Shown: piece by piece, positions 1-12,239 of the stretch | Layout of the letters: each line of letters begins with the position of its first letter | Position numbering within the stretch: position 1 is the first letter of the stretch | From: Squalus acanthias | Lineage: Eukaryota | Reading direction: 5' to 3' | NCBI GenBank assembly: GCA_030390025.1 | Contig: JASTWF010000138.1 | Span: 682,001-746,000, forward strand | Length of the DNA: 64,000 nt | Translations under genes and position numbers: made by a program | Notes under the pieces: generated by a model | What the model saw: only the letters and a program-made list of their open reading frames with translations | What the model was told of the DNA's origin: nothing | Database searches by the model: none

Positions 1-1263
1 TGGATGCCCGTGAATGGAAACACCCCGAGCTGGGCTACAGTCAGTGTCCTTACAGGGGAATGGTTCCGCTTTTCGAGACCGGGTGGGAATGAAACACTTG
101 TATGCTTATTGTAATTTGAAAGCAGTGGGTTATAAATGGGTTTGGTTCATTCCGGCGTCAATGCGATCTCTAGAATTCGGTTCGCCTTACCATCAGGACA
201 CTGGTAACCGTGACTCCAGTGCGCTTTCCCGGTCAATGAACTCGATATTTCAGCTGAATGATTTGTAGATCCGTGATATTAGAGCGATGATAGTTGCTGT
301 TACTGAACAAACAATTGAACAGACTTAAAGAATAAACTCCTGCTGTAATTTAAACAGGGTTTCGAGAACCGCCCTTTCTGTGGTTTGCATTTAAAATTTG
401 TTTAAATTCTATCTGTTGAGTTCTCCGCTTCTTTGTGCCAGTTCTTTAAATCTTTCATTCTTTAAAGATTCATAATCTTCAGATGTTGGATTTGCAATGA
501 GAGAGAATGAAGGGAGCGGCGCATCCGCGCTTTTCAACAATTTCCCGCTCATCTGCTTAAAGTGCCCAGGAACAGAGCGCGAGGAGCGGGTTCAAAGGGT
601 GAGGTGTCGGGCGGGATCTCGTTAACAGAAGCTCAACACCAGCAGGGCTTGTAAAACTCCTTACAACTTTCACTCATAATAGAAAAGGATGAGGCTCAGA
701 GAAATAAACACAATGCAGGCAGTTTCGGTTTGTGTTTCGCCCCTTTAACATCGATCTCCAGCATCGGTACAGTTAATGGCTTCAGAAATCAGATCTCAGG
801 CTGTGTCTTTCATTCACATTTTAATATTTCTTGCCCCATCTTCCACACCCTTCCACTCACTGGTCCTGCCCACTGGTTAGTATCAGAAGTCAATGCTTCG
901 CAATGAGCGATGTCTTTTTCTGACGATTATTGCCCGAAGTGCCGACCCAGCCAATTGTGGCAAATTAATTTCAAATATTAATCATCTTTTGATTCAGAAA
1001 TTGACACAACTGTTAGAAAAACAGCATTTAACTCGCTGCCCGGGGTCTGCGTCGAAAATGGAATATTGTGACCTGACGCCCTCTTGTGGATATTCTGAGA
1101 ACGGTTCAGATGTCGGTGGACAGGGTGAGAAATCCTGTGTTTTTTCTCTGCCCTGTCTGTAGTTCCTGTTTATGGGAAGCTGGGTTGGAGCGGTTCTGAA
1201 TTAATATGCGGAGCAGCAGCAAAGGCCTTTCATCGTTAAACTAAAGACTGGACGAAGGAGGTT

Positions 1264-2171
1264 AGAGTCATAGAGTCATAGAGTTATACAGCACAGAAAG
1301 AGGCCCTTCGGCCCATCGTGTCCGCGCCGGCCATCAAGCCCTGTCTATTCTAATCCCATTTTCCAGCACTTGGTCCGTAGCCTTGTGTGCTATGGCGCTT
1401 CAAGTGTTAATCTAAATGCTTCTTGAATGTTGTGAGGGTTCCTGCCTCTACCACCCTTTCAGACAGTGAGTTCCAGATTCCAACCACCTTCTGGGTGAAA
1501 AAGATTTTCCTCAAATCCCCTCTAAACCCCCTGCCCCTTAACTTGAAACTATGCCCCCTGGTTATTGACCCCTCTACTAAGGGGAAAAGTTCCTTCCTAT
1601 CTACCCTATCTATGCCCTCATAATTTTGTACACCTCAATCAGGTCACCCCTCAGCCTTCTCTGCTCTAAGGAAAACAACCCCAGCCTGTCCAGTCTCTCT
1701 TCATAGCTGAAGCGCTCCAGCCCAGGTAATATCCTGGTGAATCTCCTCTGCACCCTCTCCAATGCAATCACATCCTTCCTATAGTGTGGCGACCAGAACT
1801 GCACACAGTATTCCAGCTGTGGCCTAACTAGCGTTTTGTACAGCTCCATCATAACCTCCCTGCTCTTATATTTTATGCCTCGGCTAATAAAGGTAAGTAT
1901 CCCATTTGCCTTTTTAACCACCTTATCTACCTGTCCTGCTGCCTTCAGGGATCTATGTACATGCACACCAAGGTCCCTCTGATCCTCTGTCCTTCCTAGG
2001 GTCCTACCATTCATTGTGTATCCCCTTGCCTTGTTAGTCCTCCCAAAATGCATCACCTCACACTTTTCAGGATTAAATTCCATTTGCCACTGTTCTGCCC
2101 ATCTGACCAACCCATCTATATCGTCCTGTAACCTGAGGCTTCCCTCCTCGCTATTTACCACTCCACCAATT
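1264..2171 (-). mobile_element. CR1 LINE, 5'-truncated
   Basis: ORF 1610-2161 is the RT C-terminus (LVRPQLEYCVQFWSP); short tandem-repeat tail. Confidence 0.9.
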
Positions 2172-2314
2172 CACAGGTTCATAGGATTATGGGTAAAGAG
2201 TGGAGACAGGGGATGAGAAGGGAGAGGCAGGCACGGAAAGAGCATCGAAAGACAAAAGGTGAGTAAGGCACCACAGATACATTTGCGACATGTATTTTTA
2301 TTATTAATACACAG

Positions 2315-2665
2315 GAACATAAGAACATAGGAACAGGAATAGGCCATACAGCACCTCGAGCCTGTTCCGCCATTCAATGAGATCATGGTTGATCTCTGAC
2401 CTAACTTCATATACTCACCTTTGCCCCATATAACTGAATACCTTTGATTAACAAAAATCTCTCAATCTCAGATTTAAAATTAACAATTGACCCAGCATCA
2501 ATTACCGTTTGCCGAAGAGAGTGCCAAACTTCCACCACCCTTTGTGTGTAGAAATGTTTCCTAACTTCACTTCTGAATGTCTGTCTCTAATTGTTAGACA
2601 CTGCAACCTAGTCCTACAATCCCCAAACAGCGGAAATAGTTTCTCTCTATCTACCCTATCTGTTC
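2315..2665 (-). mobile_element. CR1 3' end fragment
   Basis: (AAGAACAT)n tail and CR1 3' UTR. Confidence 0.8.
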
Positions 2666-2829
2666 CCCAATATGAGCTGTAATCAACAACCAATATAATT
2701 CCGCAAATGGATCTCACCTGTTGTTGTTAAGTGTGGTGGTTTTTGCCATTTTAAGGAGGACCCTGTGACTCTCACTGTGGAGGCTGAATTATCGCTTCCG
2801 TTTATCGTTGTGAGAGCGCCCTCTGGTGA

Positions 2830-4037
2830 TAAAGGGGAACCAGTGAATGTAGTATATTTGGATTTCCAAAATGCATTCGATAAGGTACAACATAAAAGGT
2901 TATTACACAAGATTAGGGCTCATGGGATTGGGGTTAATATAGTAGCATGGGTAGAGGATTGGTTAACGGACAGAAAACAGAGTGTAGGGATAAACGGATT
3001 TTTTTCAGTTTGGCAGACTGTAACTAGTGGGGTGTCGCAATGATCAGTGTTGGGGCCTCAGCTATTTAGAATCTATATTAATGACCTAGATGAAGGGACC
3101 GAGTGTAATATTTCCAAATTTGCTGACGATACAAAGCTGGGTGGGACTGTAAGCTGTGAGGAGAACACAAAGAGTCTTCAAAGGGATATAGATAGACTAA
3201 GTGAGTGGGCAGTAAGGTGGCAGATGGAGTATAATGTAGGGAAATCTGAGGTTATTAACTTTGATAGGACGAATAGAAAAACAGAATATTTTTAAATGGT
3301 GAGAAACTTTGAAATATCGGTGTTCAGAGAGATTTGGGTGTCCTAGTGCAAGAAGCTAGCATGAAGGTACAGCAAGAAATAAGGAAGGCAAATGACTTGT
3401 TGGCTTTATTGCAAGGGGGTTAGAGTATAAGAGTAAGGAAGTCTTGCGACAATTGTACAGGGCCTTGGTGAGACCACACCTGGAGTACTGTGCACAGTTT
3501 TGGTCTGCTTTCTAAGGATGGATGTATTTGCCTTGGAGGCGGTGCAACGAAGGTTCACTAGATTCATTCCTGGAATGAGAGGGCTGTCTTATGATGAGAG
3601 ATTGTATAGAATGGGCCTATATTCCCTGGAGTTTAGAAGAATGAGAGGTGATCTCATTGAAACATACAATATTCTGAAGGGGATTGACAGGGTAGATGCT
3701 GAGAGGTTGTTTCCCCTGGCTGGAGTGTCTAGAACTACGGGGCATAGTCTCAGGATACGGGGTAGGCCATTTAAGACCGAGATGAAAGGGAATTTCTTCA
3801 CTCAGAGGGTTGTGAATCTTTGGAATTCTCTGCCCCAGAGGGCTGTGAATGCTGAGTCTTTGAGTATATTCAAGGCTGAGATAGATAGATTTTTGGACTC
3901 TAGGGGAATCAAGGGATATGGAGATCGGGCGGGAAAGTAGAGCTGAGGTCGATGATCAGCCATGATCTTATTGAATAGCGGAGCAGGCTCGAGGGGCCGT
4001 ATGGCCTCCTCCTGCTCCTATTTCTTATGTTCTTATG
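2830..4037 (+). mobile_element. CR1 LINE, 5'-truncated
   Basis: Degenerate RT (YLDFQNAFDKV, FADD) and (TTCTTATG)n tail. Confidence 0.92.
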
Positions 4038-4062
4038 AGCACTAACTGGAAGTCTCAGTGTA

Positions 4063-4102
4063 GGTCTTTGTACGGGATCCGCTATATCTCTGCAGCAGTG
4101 TG
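4063..4102 (-). other. RSS CACACTG-24-ACAAAGACC
   Basis: Directly follows YFCAMS on the minus strand. Confidence 0.85.
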
Positions 4103-4574
4103 CGGCTCATGGCACAGAAATACACGGCGGTGTCGGAGATCAGGGTGTTGCTGATCGTTTGCTCGGTAATCTTGATAGTTGTCTTAAACGTAGAAGAGAA
4201 TCGGTCACTGAAGTCGGGGTTCCGGTTTACTCTCAATACAATAACATAAAACACGTACTGTGGAGGCTGCCTGGGGTGCTGACTGTACCAGTACATATAA
4301 TGGTTAGGGCAGCTTGTTTTCAAGGTACAGGTTAGAGTGACATTACTTTCCTTTTCAACTGTCATTTCTTGGTGGCTCCATTCTAAAATAAAATAATAGT
4401 AATAGTCATCATCTTATCACCATCATCTCAATAAACATAATCTTCATCATCATCATTTCATCAATAATAACATCTGGGTTACAGTAGTCAGAGGAAGAAT
4501 GAATTTTTAATGGGAAGGAAATACTTACTGAGAAGTGATATAATGATGAGGAGCGATGCGAGACGGTTCCACAT
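4103..4574 (-). CDS. TCR alpha/delta-type V segment (family A copy 1), in frame but with an 8-aa FR1 deletion
   Basis: Leader MWNRLASLLIIISLL (4529-4574) + GTAAGT; exon from 4382: ...VTLTC...YWYSQ...DTAVYFCAMS. Lacks the 24 nt encoding DTVEQPIP seen in the paralog at 42205. Extra Cys in CDR1. Confidence 0.85.
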
Positions 4575-5356
4575 GATGCTCCCTGAGTCTGTAACTTTTT
4601 AGTCCGGGAAATCCTCTGTCGGAGCAGAAATACAGATCCCCTTCCCACTGCACTGCTGATCCAACCAATGCCAAACAGGGAACAGAGGCAGCAATCTCTC
4701 CAATAACAAAGTGCAGACAAGGCGGGTCAGAGTGAGAGCAGCAAACGGAAGCAGTGGGCGAGGCTGCCGCGGGCGGTGTTATCACACGTTAGGTCCACCT
4801 GTGAGGAACTGAACTCAATAATAATGTCTTCTTCGGAAATTATATAGCTCTGTCTCTCTATGAGGGCTGTGTCCCTTTCACATTCGTTACAAATTCGGAG
4901 CAAACAGACTCGCGATAGGAATTGCAGATTATTATATTGTTCAATAGTTAACGAAGTCTTCAACAGTGAATTGGGTGTACCGGGCACAATTTCATAATTT
5001 GCAAATGACACAAAACTTGGAAGTATAGTAAACAGTGAGGAGGATTATGATAGACTTCAGTAAGGCATAGACAGACTGGTGAAATGGGCGTACACGTGGC
5101 AGATGAAATTTAATGCAGAAATTGCGAAGTGATACATTTTCGTAGGAAGTACGAGGAGAGGCAATATAAACAAAAGTATACAATCCTAAAGTGGGTGCAT
5201 GAATAGAGAGACCTGGGGGTATGTATGCACAAATCATTGAAGGTGACAGGGCAGGTTGAGAAAGCGGTTAAAAAAGCATACGGGATCCTGGGCTTTATAA
5301 ATAGAAATGAGAAGTCGCACAACACCAGGTTATAGTCCAACAGATTTATTTAATTT

Positions 5357-5397
5357 TACAAGCTTTCGGAGCAGTTCGCTCCTTCGTCAGGTAAGTT
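5357..5397 (-). ncRNA. Second hammerhead ribozyme copy (inverted pLTR)
   Basis: Core is the reverse complement of 6472-6505. Confidence 0.75.
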
Positions 5398-5615
5398 TAG
5401 CAGTGAGAGAATCTCCCAGAATTCACAATTTAAACACAGACAAAATATATTCAAATCTTTCCCACATCAAAGAGCATAGCCAAGACAATGAGATGTGTCC
5501 CAGGGGGTCCAACGTGTCAAACCACCTGCTGGCTGCATATCCTGTCAATCTGTGTAGGTTCTTGTGTTAGCCTTTTTTTAAAAAAACACCTGGGAAGACC
5601 GGCCATGATGTCAAG

Positions 5616-6374
5616 TCACGTTCTGTATCGTGACATGAACCCGATATCGCGATTGAGGCCCTCCTCATGAGTGCGGAACTTGGCTATCAGTTTCTGCTCT
5701 ATGATTTTGCGCTGTCGTGTATTTCGAAGGCCGCCTTGGAGAACGCTTACCCGCATATCCGAGGCTGAATGCCCCTGGCTGCTGAAGTGTTCCCCGACTG
5801 GGAGGCAACCCTCCTGCCTGGCGATTGTTGCGCGGTGTCCGTTCATACGTTGTCTCAGTGTCTGCATGGTCTCGCCGATGTACCATGCTCTGGAGCATCC
5901 TTTACTGCAACGTATCAGGTAGACAACGTTGGCCGAGTCACATGAGTATGTACCGTGTACCTGGTGGGTAGTGTCCTCACGTGTGATGATGGTATCTGTG
6001 TCCATGATTTGGCATGTCTTGCAGAGGTTGCCGCGGCAGGGTTGTGTGGTGTCTTGGTTGCTGTTCGCCTGAAAGATGGGTAATCTGCTGCGAACGATGG
6101 TACTTTTGAGGTTAGGCGGCTGCTTGAAGGCGAGTAGTGGAGGCGTGGGGATGGCCTTAGCAAGGTGTTCGTCGTCATCGATGACATGTTGAAGGCTGCG
6201 AAGAACATGGCGTAGTTTTTCCGCTCCGGGGAAGTACTGGACGACGTAGGGTACTCTGTTGGTTGTGTCCCGTGTTCGTCTTCTGAGGAGGTCTATGCGG
6301 TTTTTCGCTGTGGCCCGTCGGATATGCAGCCAGCAGGTGGTTTGACACGTTGGACCCCCTGGGACACATCTCAT
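5616..6374 (-). CDS. Penelope-like ORF C-terminus (linker + GIY-YIG endonuclease), truncated
   Basis: CxxxxCKTC motif, NVVYLIRC, YIGET...RMNGH, GLNRD. Confidence 0.85.
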   Translation of the reverse strand: MRCVPGGPTCQTTCWLHIRRATAKNRIDLLRRRTRDTTNRVPYVVQYFPGAEKLRHVLRSLQHVIDDDEHLAKAIPTPPLLAFKQPPNLKSTIVRSRLPIFQANSNQDTTQPCRGNLCKTCQIMDTDTIITREDTTHQVHGTYSCDSANVVYLIRCSKGCSRAWYIGETMQTLRQRMNGHRATIARQEGCLPVGEHFSSQGHSASDMRVSVLQGGLRNTRQRKIIEQKLIAKFRTHEEGLNRDIGFMSRYRT

Positions 6375-6464
6375 TGTCTTGGCTATGCTCTTTGATGTGG
6401 GAAAGATTTGAATATATTTTGTCTGTGTTTAAATTGTGAATTCTGGGAGATTCTCTCACTGATA

Positions 6465-6505
6465 AACTTACCTGACGAAGGAGCGAACTGCTCCGAAAGC
6501 TTGTA
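6465..6505 (+). ncRNA. Minimal hammerhead ribozyme in the Penelope pLTR
   Basis: CTGACGA-A-GGAGC-gaact-GCTCC-GAAA-GCTTGTA: catalytic core, stem II and a palindromic AAGCTT stem III. Confidence 0.75.
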
Positions 6506-7346
6506 AAATTAAATAAATCTGTTGGACTATAACCTGGTGTTGTGCGACTTCTCATTTTTGTCCACCCCAGTCCAACGCCGGCATCTCCACATCATGACCT
6601 TTATAAATAGAGGCATAGAGTCCAAAAGCAAGGAAGTTATGATGAACCTTTATATAACACTGTTTCGGCCTCAACTGGAGCATTGTGTCCGATTCTGGGC
6701 ACCGCACATTAGAAATGATGTTAAGGCCTTAGAGATGGTGCAGAAAAGATTAACGAGAATGATTCCAGGGATGAGGGACTTCAGTTACGTGGATAGACTG
6801 GAGAAGCTGGGGTTGTTCTCATTAGAGCAGAGAAGAGTGAGAGGCGATTTTATAGAGGCGTTCAAAATCATGAGGGGTCTAGAGAGAGTAGATAGAGAGA
6901 AACTGTTCCCATTGGTGGAAGGGTCGAGAACCAGAGGTCACAGATTTAAGGTGATTGGCAGAAGAACCAAAGGCGACATGAGGAAAAACATTTTTACGTA
7001 GCGAGTGGTTAGGATCTGGAATGTACTGCCTGAAAGGGTGGTGGAGGCAGATTCAATCACGGCTTTCAAACGGGAATTGGATAAGTACCTGAAGGAAAGA
7101 ATTGCAGCGCTACGGGGAAAGGGCGGGGAGTGGGACTAGCTGAAGTGCTCTTGCAGAGAACCGGCACGGGCTCGACGGGCCGAATGACCTCCTTCTGTGC
7201 TGTAACCATTCAATGAATCTATGAACCGGAGGCTGAAACTAGCCTTGGGAAATAGAACAACATGGCAACTGGTCCAAAGGTTCTGGAAAGGCACATCTCG
7301 TTTCCACTTAACTAAATTCCGAAATTATGAAACTGTAAATGAATGT

Positions 7347-8592
7347 CATAGAAACATAGAAACATAGAAGATAGGAGCAGGAGTAGGCCATTCGGCCCCT
7401 CGTGCCTGCTAGGCCATTTAATGAGATCATGGCTGATCATCCAAATTCAGTACCCTGTCCCTGCTTTCTCCCCATATCCCTTGATCCCTTTAGCCTTAAG
7501 ATATATATGTAACTCCTTCTTGAATATATTTAATGAATTGGCCTCAACTGCCTTCTGTGGTAGAGAATTCCACAGGTTCACCACTCTCTGGGTGAAGAAA
7601 TTCCTCCTCATCTCTGTCCTAAATGGCTTACCCCTTATCCTTAGACTGTGACCCCTGGTTCTGGACTCCCCTGCGAACGGGAAGATCCTTCCTGCATCTA
7701 GTCTGTCTACTCCTGTTAGAATTTTATAAGTTTCAATGAGATCCCCTCTCATTCTTCTAAACTCGAGCGACTACAAGGCCAATCGTCCCAATCTCTCTTC
7801 ATACGTCATTCCTGCCATCCCAGGTATCAGTCTGGTAAATCGTCGCTGCACTCCCTCCATGGCAAGAACATCCTTCCTCAGATAAGGCGACCAAAACTGC
7901 ACACAGTACTCAAGGTGTGGTCTCACCAAGGCCCTATTCAACTGCAGCAAGACATCCTTGCTCCTGTACGCGAATCCTCTCGCTATGAAGGCCAACATAC
8001 CATTTGCCTTCTTAACCGCCTGCTGCACCTGCATGCTTACCTTCAACGACTGGTGCACAAGGACTCCCAGGTCTCGTTGCACTTCCCCTTTTGCCAATCT
8101 ATTGCCGTTCAGATAATAATCTACCTTCCTGTTTTTGCCACCAAAGTGGATAACCTCGCATTATACTGCATCTGCCACGCATCTGCCCAATCACCCAACT
8201 TGTCCAAATCATACTGGAGTTTCTCTGCATCCTCCTCACAACACACGCGCCCACCCAGCTTTGTGTCGTCTGCAAACTTGGCGATATTACATCTAGTTCC
8301 CTCGTCTAGATCATTGATATATATTGTGAATAACTGGGCTCCTAGCACCGATCCCTGCAGTACCCCACTAGTCACTGCCTGCCACTCGGAAAAAGACCCG
8401 TTTATTCCAGCTCTTTGCTTCCTGTCTGCCAACCAGTTCTCTATCCAAGTCAGTACTTTACACCCAATCCCATGTGCTTTAACTTTGCACGCCAATCTCT
8501 TATGCGGGACCTTATCGAAAGCCTTCTGAAAGTCCAAATACACCACATCCACTGGTTCTCCCTTATCTATTCTACCAGTTACATCCTCAAAA
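7347..8592 (-). mobile_element. CR1 LINE, 5'-truncated
   Basis: Frameshifted RT ORFs 7447-8639; (ATAGAAAC)n tail. Confidence 0.92.
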
Positions 8593-8714
8593 ATGTCAAA
8601 CATTAATGAGCATAAAAGTGAGATAAAAAGCAATTTCACGTTACTTTATGTTGAGAAAGTGTCAGTCAATATTGGTTGATGTAAGGTGACCGGCGGTGGG
8701 AATCCGCGCTCTGT

Positions 8715-8731
8715 CAGCGCCACCTAGTGGC
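8715..8731 (-). promoter_or_regulatory. CTCF-binding motif GCCACTAGGTGGCGCTG
   Basis: Matches the vertebrate CTCF core CCASYAGRKGGCRS; about 40 bp downstream of the RSS nonamer. Confidence 0.8.
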
Positions 8732-8812
8732 TGGGTTTAAAGTATCTCCTTTGAGCTGATCTCACAGAACACGGTTTGTGTTCGAGGTGTCCAGAGGCCC
8801 CTTCTCACTGTG

Positions 8813-9687
8813 GGCCTCAGTGCACAGTAGTACACGGCGCTGTCAACGAGTTGCAGCTCAGTCAAGTTGAAAACAGCGATATTTCTGGACTTTTCCAGAA
8901 TGACAGAGAAACGACCGTTAATTTCGCCCTTTCCAAATGAATGTGCCTGAATTACAAAAGTCGGAGCCTTGTTCTGGCTCTGACGGTAAAGCTGCAGGGA
9001 ATAGCTCACTTCTGACATTGAATAGTTACAATTAATGCTCATCGACGTTCCTTCCGGATATTGGGCTTCTGTTGGCCACTGATCGACGGAGTCTCCAGAA
9101 CTCATCCTGCAGAAAACATTCCTGGTTACCCATGGAAACAGAGAGGAGCACAGATCACACGTTTCTCATTCTTTAAGAATATATCTGTCTAACTCTCTGT
9201 GTATACACAGGGAGACAAAGAGAGAGGAAGCGATAGCATTAGAATAATGGATAGACAGTGACAGATACACAGGTTGATAAAAAGAGAGATAGACAGAGGC
9301 ATGAAAACGGACAGAAAGACAGAAAGACAGGCAGAGTGACAGACATAGAGACAGAGGGACCAACAGTAAAGCAGGCAGATAGACAGACAGTCAGATAGAC
9401 GGACAGAGACAGACAGACAGACAGACAGATAGCGAGACAGACAGGCAGACAGACAGACAATTCGATAGACAGGTGGATAGACCTAGAGATCGAGGAGAGA
9501 GAGGGCGACCGAGAGAGAGAGAGAGAGAGACGCAAAGAGACAGAGAGAGAGAACGAGACAGGCCTAGAGATCGATGAATTGAAGACAGTTGTGTCAATAG
9601 TGGAATGGACAGACAGATGCATCAATAAATAAACCAACCGAATAACAACGTAGGAAAGGACCAAATAACGAAAAGCCCAAACTCCCT
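8813..9687 (-). pseudogene. TCR V segment (family B copy 1), probable pseudogene
   Basis: Open V exon SSGDSVDQWP...SINCNY...LQLYRQ...DSAVYYCALRP (8813-9106). Leader 9639-9687 has ATG->AGG (paralog at 47945 has ATG). Exon start is 1 nt shorter than the paralog at 41024, breaking the phase. RSS CACAGTG-24-ACACAAACC at 8773-8812. Confidence 0.8.
9200..9590. repeat. AG/GACA microsatellite-rich intron
   Basis: (AGAC)n and (AG)n runs; paralog at 47450-47830. Confidence 0.85.
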
Positions 9688-10349
9688 AATGGCCGCAGTC
9701 TCCCCACACCGGAAGCCCGCACTTCACCCGGTGCCTCCTCTCAGCTGCAGCTTTCGGACTGAAGGGGAGAATTTGAAATGTTTCCGTCAGCACACCGAGT
9801 CCCCGTCATTTCCTGAATCAAACCAGGAGCCTGGTTTCAATGAGCTGCCGGTGATCATTGTCCCTCTCTGTGTTCATTATCACAGCCCGCGGTCCTGGCG
9901 CACAGGCTCCGTGAGCTGTTCTGCTTTGTCCCGGACATCTTATCATCCGATCCCGGGAATGGGTGAGGATTCTGTCTGACCGTTACCGGTGTTTTGAAAT
10001 TGATGCTCATGGTTAACGAGGAATCGATTTTCGGGTTTTCTTGTTGATGGAATATATTCCATTCGATAGAAATGAAAACCTGACACGATGTTGTCGGAAT
10101 TCCCATTAACGACAGTTTAATCTCGAACATTTTTGTCTGTATTTGTGTTTGTTTATCTGAACATGTCGGTATATGCATTTCTCTGTTTGTTTCCAGTGCT
10201 CCTAGTCAGGCTTGTAGTGGACACAGGAGGGCGCTCTCTGATCACTTGTGCAGATCATTCGTCTGAAACAACTTTCAGCTGAATACGCCTCAATACCTCC
10301 ACGCAGATCCACCAGTTGTGTGTAGCGGGGTTTGCTTTGGTGCGTGGGT

Positions 10350-10545
10350 GCATGTATATGTCTGTGTTTAGGTCTGTATGTATGTGTCTGTGTTTGTGTA
10401 TAAATATCTATGAGCGCGTGTCTGTGTGTAGGTCATTGTTTGTGTATGTGCCTATGTGCATGCATATGTCTGTGTGTGTGTGTTTGTGTGTGTGTATGTC
10501 AGTGTGTATGTGTATGTGTGTGTGTATGCATGTGTCAGTGTTTCT
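10350..10545. repeat. (TG)n microsatellite
   Basis: Imperfect TG/TATG repeats. Confidence 0.85.
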
Positions 10546-10787
10546 GTTTCTAATACACTGTGTTTCTAATACGTGAAGCTTGTACTGTCCACAGGAGGGC
10601 GCTCTCTGATCACTTGCTAAAGGACATGATCCCCAACTACAGGAAGTGGCTGTATCGAGGGATACAAATGGCGGGGAGAAGAAATCCCAGCAGATCTGAT
10701 GAGATCATCGCGCTGTTTCAGTTCCTCCCATTCCAGGCCTGGTACGTGCAGTGATCACAGTCTGTTTCTGGAGTTCAGACTGAAACC

Positions 10788-11260
10788 ATGGAGGTGAAAC
10801 GTTGCCTGACTTTGGTTATTGTCTTGATCACAGGTCTGTGATATTAGAATCTTCCTACAATATTCCCCAATCCTCATACGATTTCCTATCTTCATCTCCG
10901 GGTGATTATTTCTCGGTCTAACCCGCTGCGTGTCCGCTGTTTATTTTCGGAGATGCGTAACAGAGACTCGGTGTTCCAGTCAGAGCAAGGACTCCGATAA
11001 GAAGATGGTGCAGATGCAGCAATAACCTGCAGTTAAACTGTATCAGGTTCAGCTACAAACTATGGCCTGTTCTGGTATCGCCAGTGTCCTCACAAAACCC
11101 CTCAGTATCTGCTCAGAGACGATAGTTATGGGAATAACGAGACAGCTCCGGGTTTTGAACACTTCAGCGGAAATCTCAACCAGACACAAGGCACTTTTCA
11201 CTTATCCATGAAAGGCTTGAAGGCCACAGACAGCTCCGTTCATTACTGTGCCCTGAGACC
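10788..11260 (+). pseudogene. TCR V pseudogene (family C)
   Basis: Leader MEVKRCLTLVIVLIT (10788-10833); V exon ...ITCS*...LFWYRQ...DSSVHYCALRP with two TAA stops; RSS CACAGTG-22-ATAAAAACA at 11261-11298. Confidence 0.85.
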
Positions 11261-12239
11261 CACAGTGAATAAAGACCATTGAACCGAATATAAAAACAGG
11301 GCATCGGTCGGCATCAACGGTTGGCCTTCAGCAAAATACCAGGGACTAAATCCCAGAGAGTTTGTGGAGAAAACGAATGGGAAAATAAAGCCTGATCCAT
11401 GCGGTTTTCTTCAGTTAAAGTCATTGTTGTCAGTGTTGGGATAAATTACATTTCTCTACCATTTTAATCCAGGGTCCAATTCAGAGATTTCCAGCTGCCT
11501 GTTAGCACAGACCTGCAGATTTTTCGGATGAATAACAGGATCAATCTCTACAAGTAAAAGTCCTGGATAAGGATCAGATCCGTCAGGTGTCATCATTCAA
11601 AAGTGATCTAATCTCAAATGAGGCCTTAGGCGCGTCACACTTCAAAGATCTGGTGTCCCAGGGGTAAAAAATAGTGACTGACTGAAATCATCACTTTACT
11701 GGTACAAGTTGAGCCCCAGTGGTATCGCATCCTGGCTTGAAGAGGTATGACTGCTTATCATGTCCCTCTTGGCCTTAAGACTATAACTATTAATGGAGCT
11801 CATTGACTGGAGCGAATTCATTAAAACCAGGGCCTGAGACTAATTTCGAATTCTTTCATTTTTCACCTTAATTAGAGAGAGATCTATCTATCTATAGACA
11901 GAGACATTGAGTTCAACAGAAAGAGACACAAAGCGAGAAAGAGACAGAAAGACTGACCGAGAGACACAGAGCAAGAAACTGAGACAAAGAGAAAAACGCA
12001 CAGACACTGATAGGGATGGAAAGAGTTCGGAGAAAACCAGGAGTCATTTTTCCTCAACTGACACTGATTGGTCCACAGCTGACGTTAGTTCTGTGTGACC
12101 AGCCAATCCCGGCCCTGAGAAACGCCCCATGGTTTCCAAATAAGTGAAGCCTGCCTCTGATTTAGATTTACTGTTTAATATCAGACTAGAATGGTTTAAA
12201 CCATCCTGCTATTTTCTGTCTAATTCTAAACCAGACACC

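Larger units (their letters stand above)
5306..6598 (-). mobile_element. Penelope-like retroelement, 5'-truncated, with inverted pLTR
   Basis: GIY-YIG domain (VVYLIRC...WYIGET); inverted repeat of about 237 bp (5306-5542 vs 6321-6557); 13-bp TSD CTTTATAAATAGA (5293-5305, 6599-6611). Confidence 0.92.
4970..7223 (+). mobile_element. CR1 fragment interrupted by a Penelope-like element
   Basis: RT fragments at 4970-5305 and 6599-7223. Confidence 0.85.

Noticed and set aside
4290-4320. CDR1 Cys suggesting a NAR-TCR supporting V-delta
   Set aside because: The segment has its own leader, and its paralogs lack the Cys.
9166-9664. Ser/Leu-rich ORFs (also 47438-47905 and 35622-36015)
   Set aside because: Translations of microsatellites.
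9689-9979. ORF conserved with 47926-48237
   Set aside because: Similarity is explained by the segmental duplication; it is antisense to a V leader/promoter region and has no recognisable domain.
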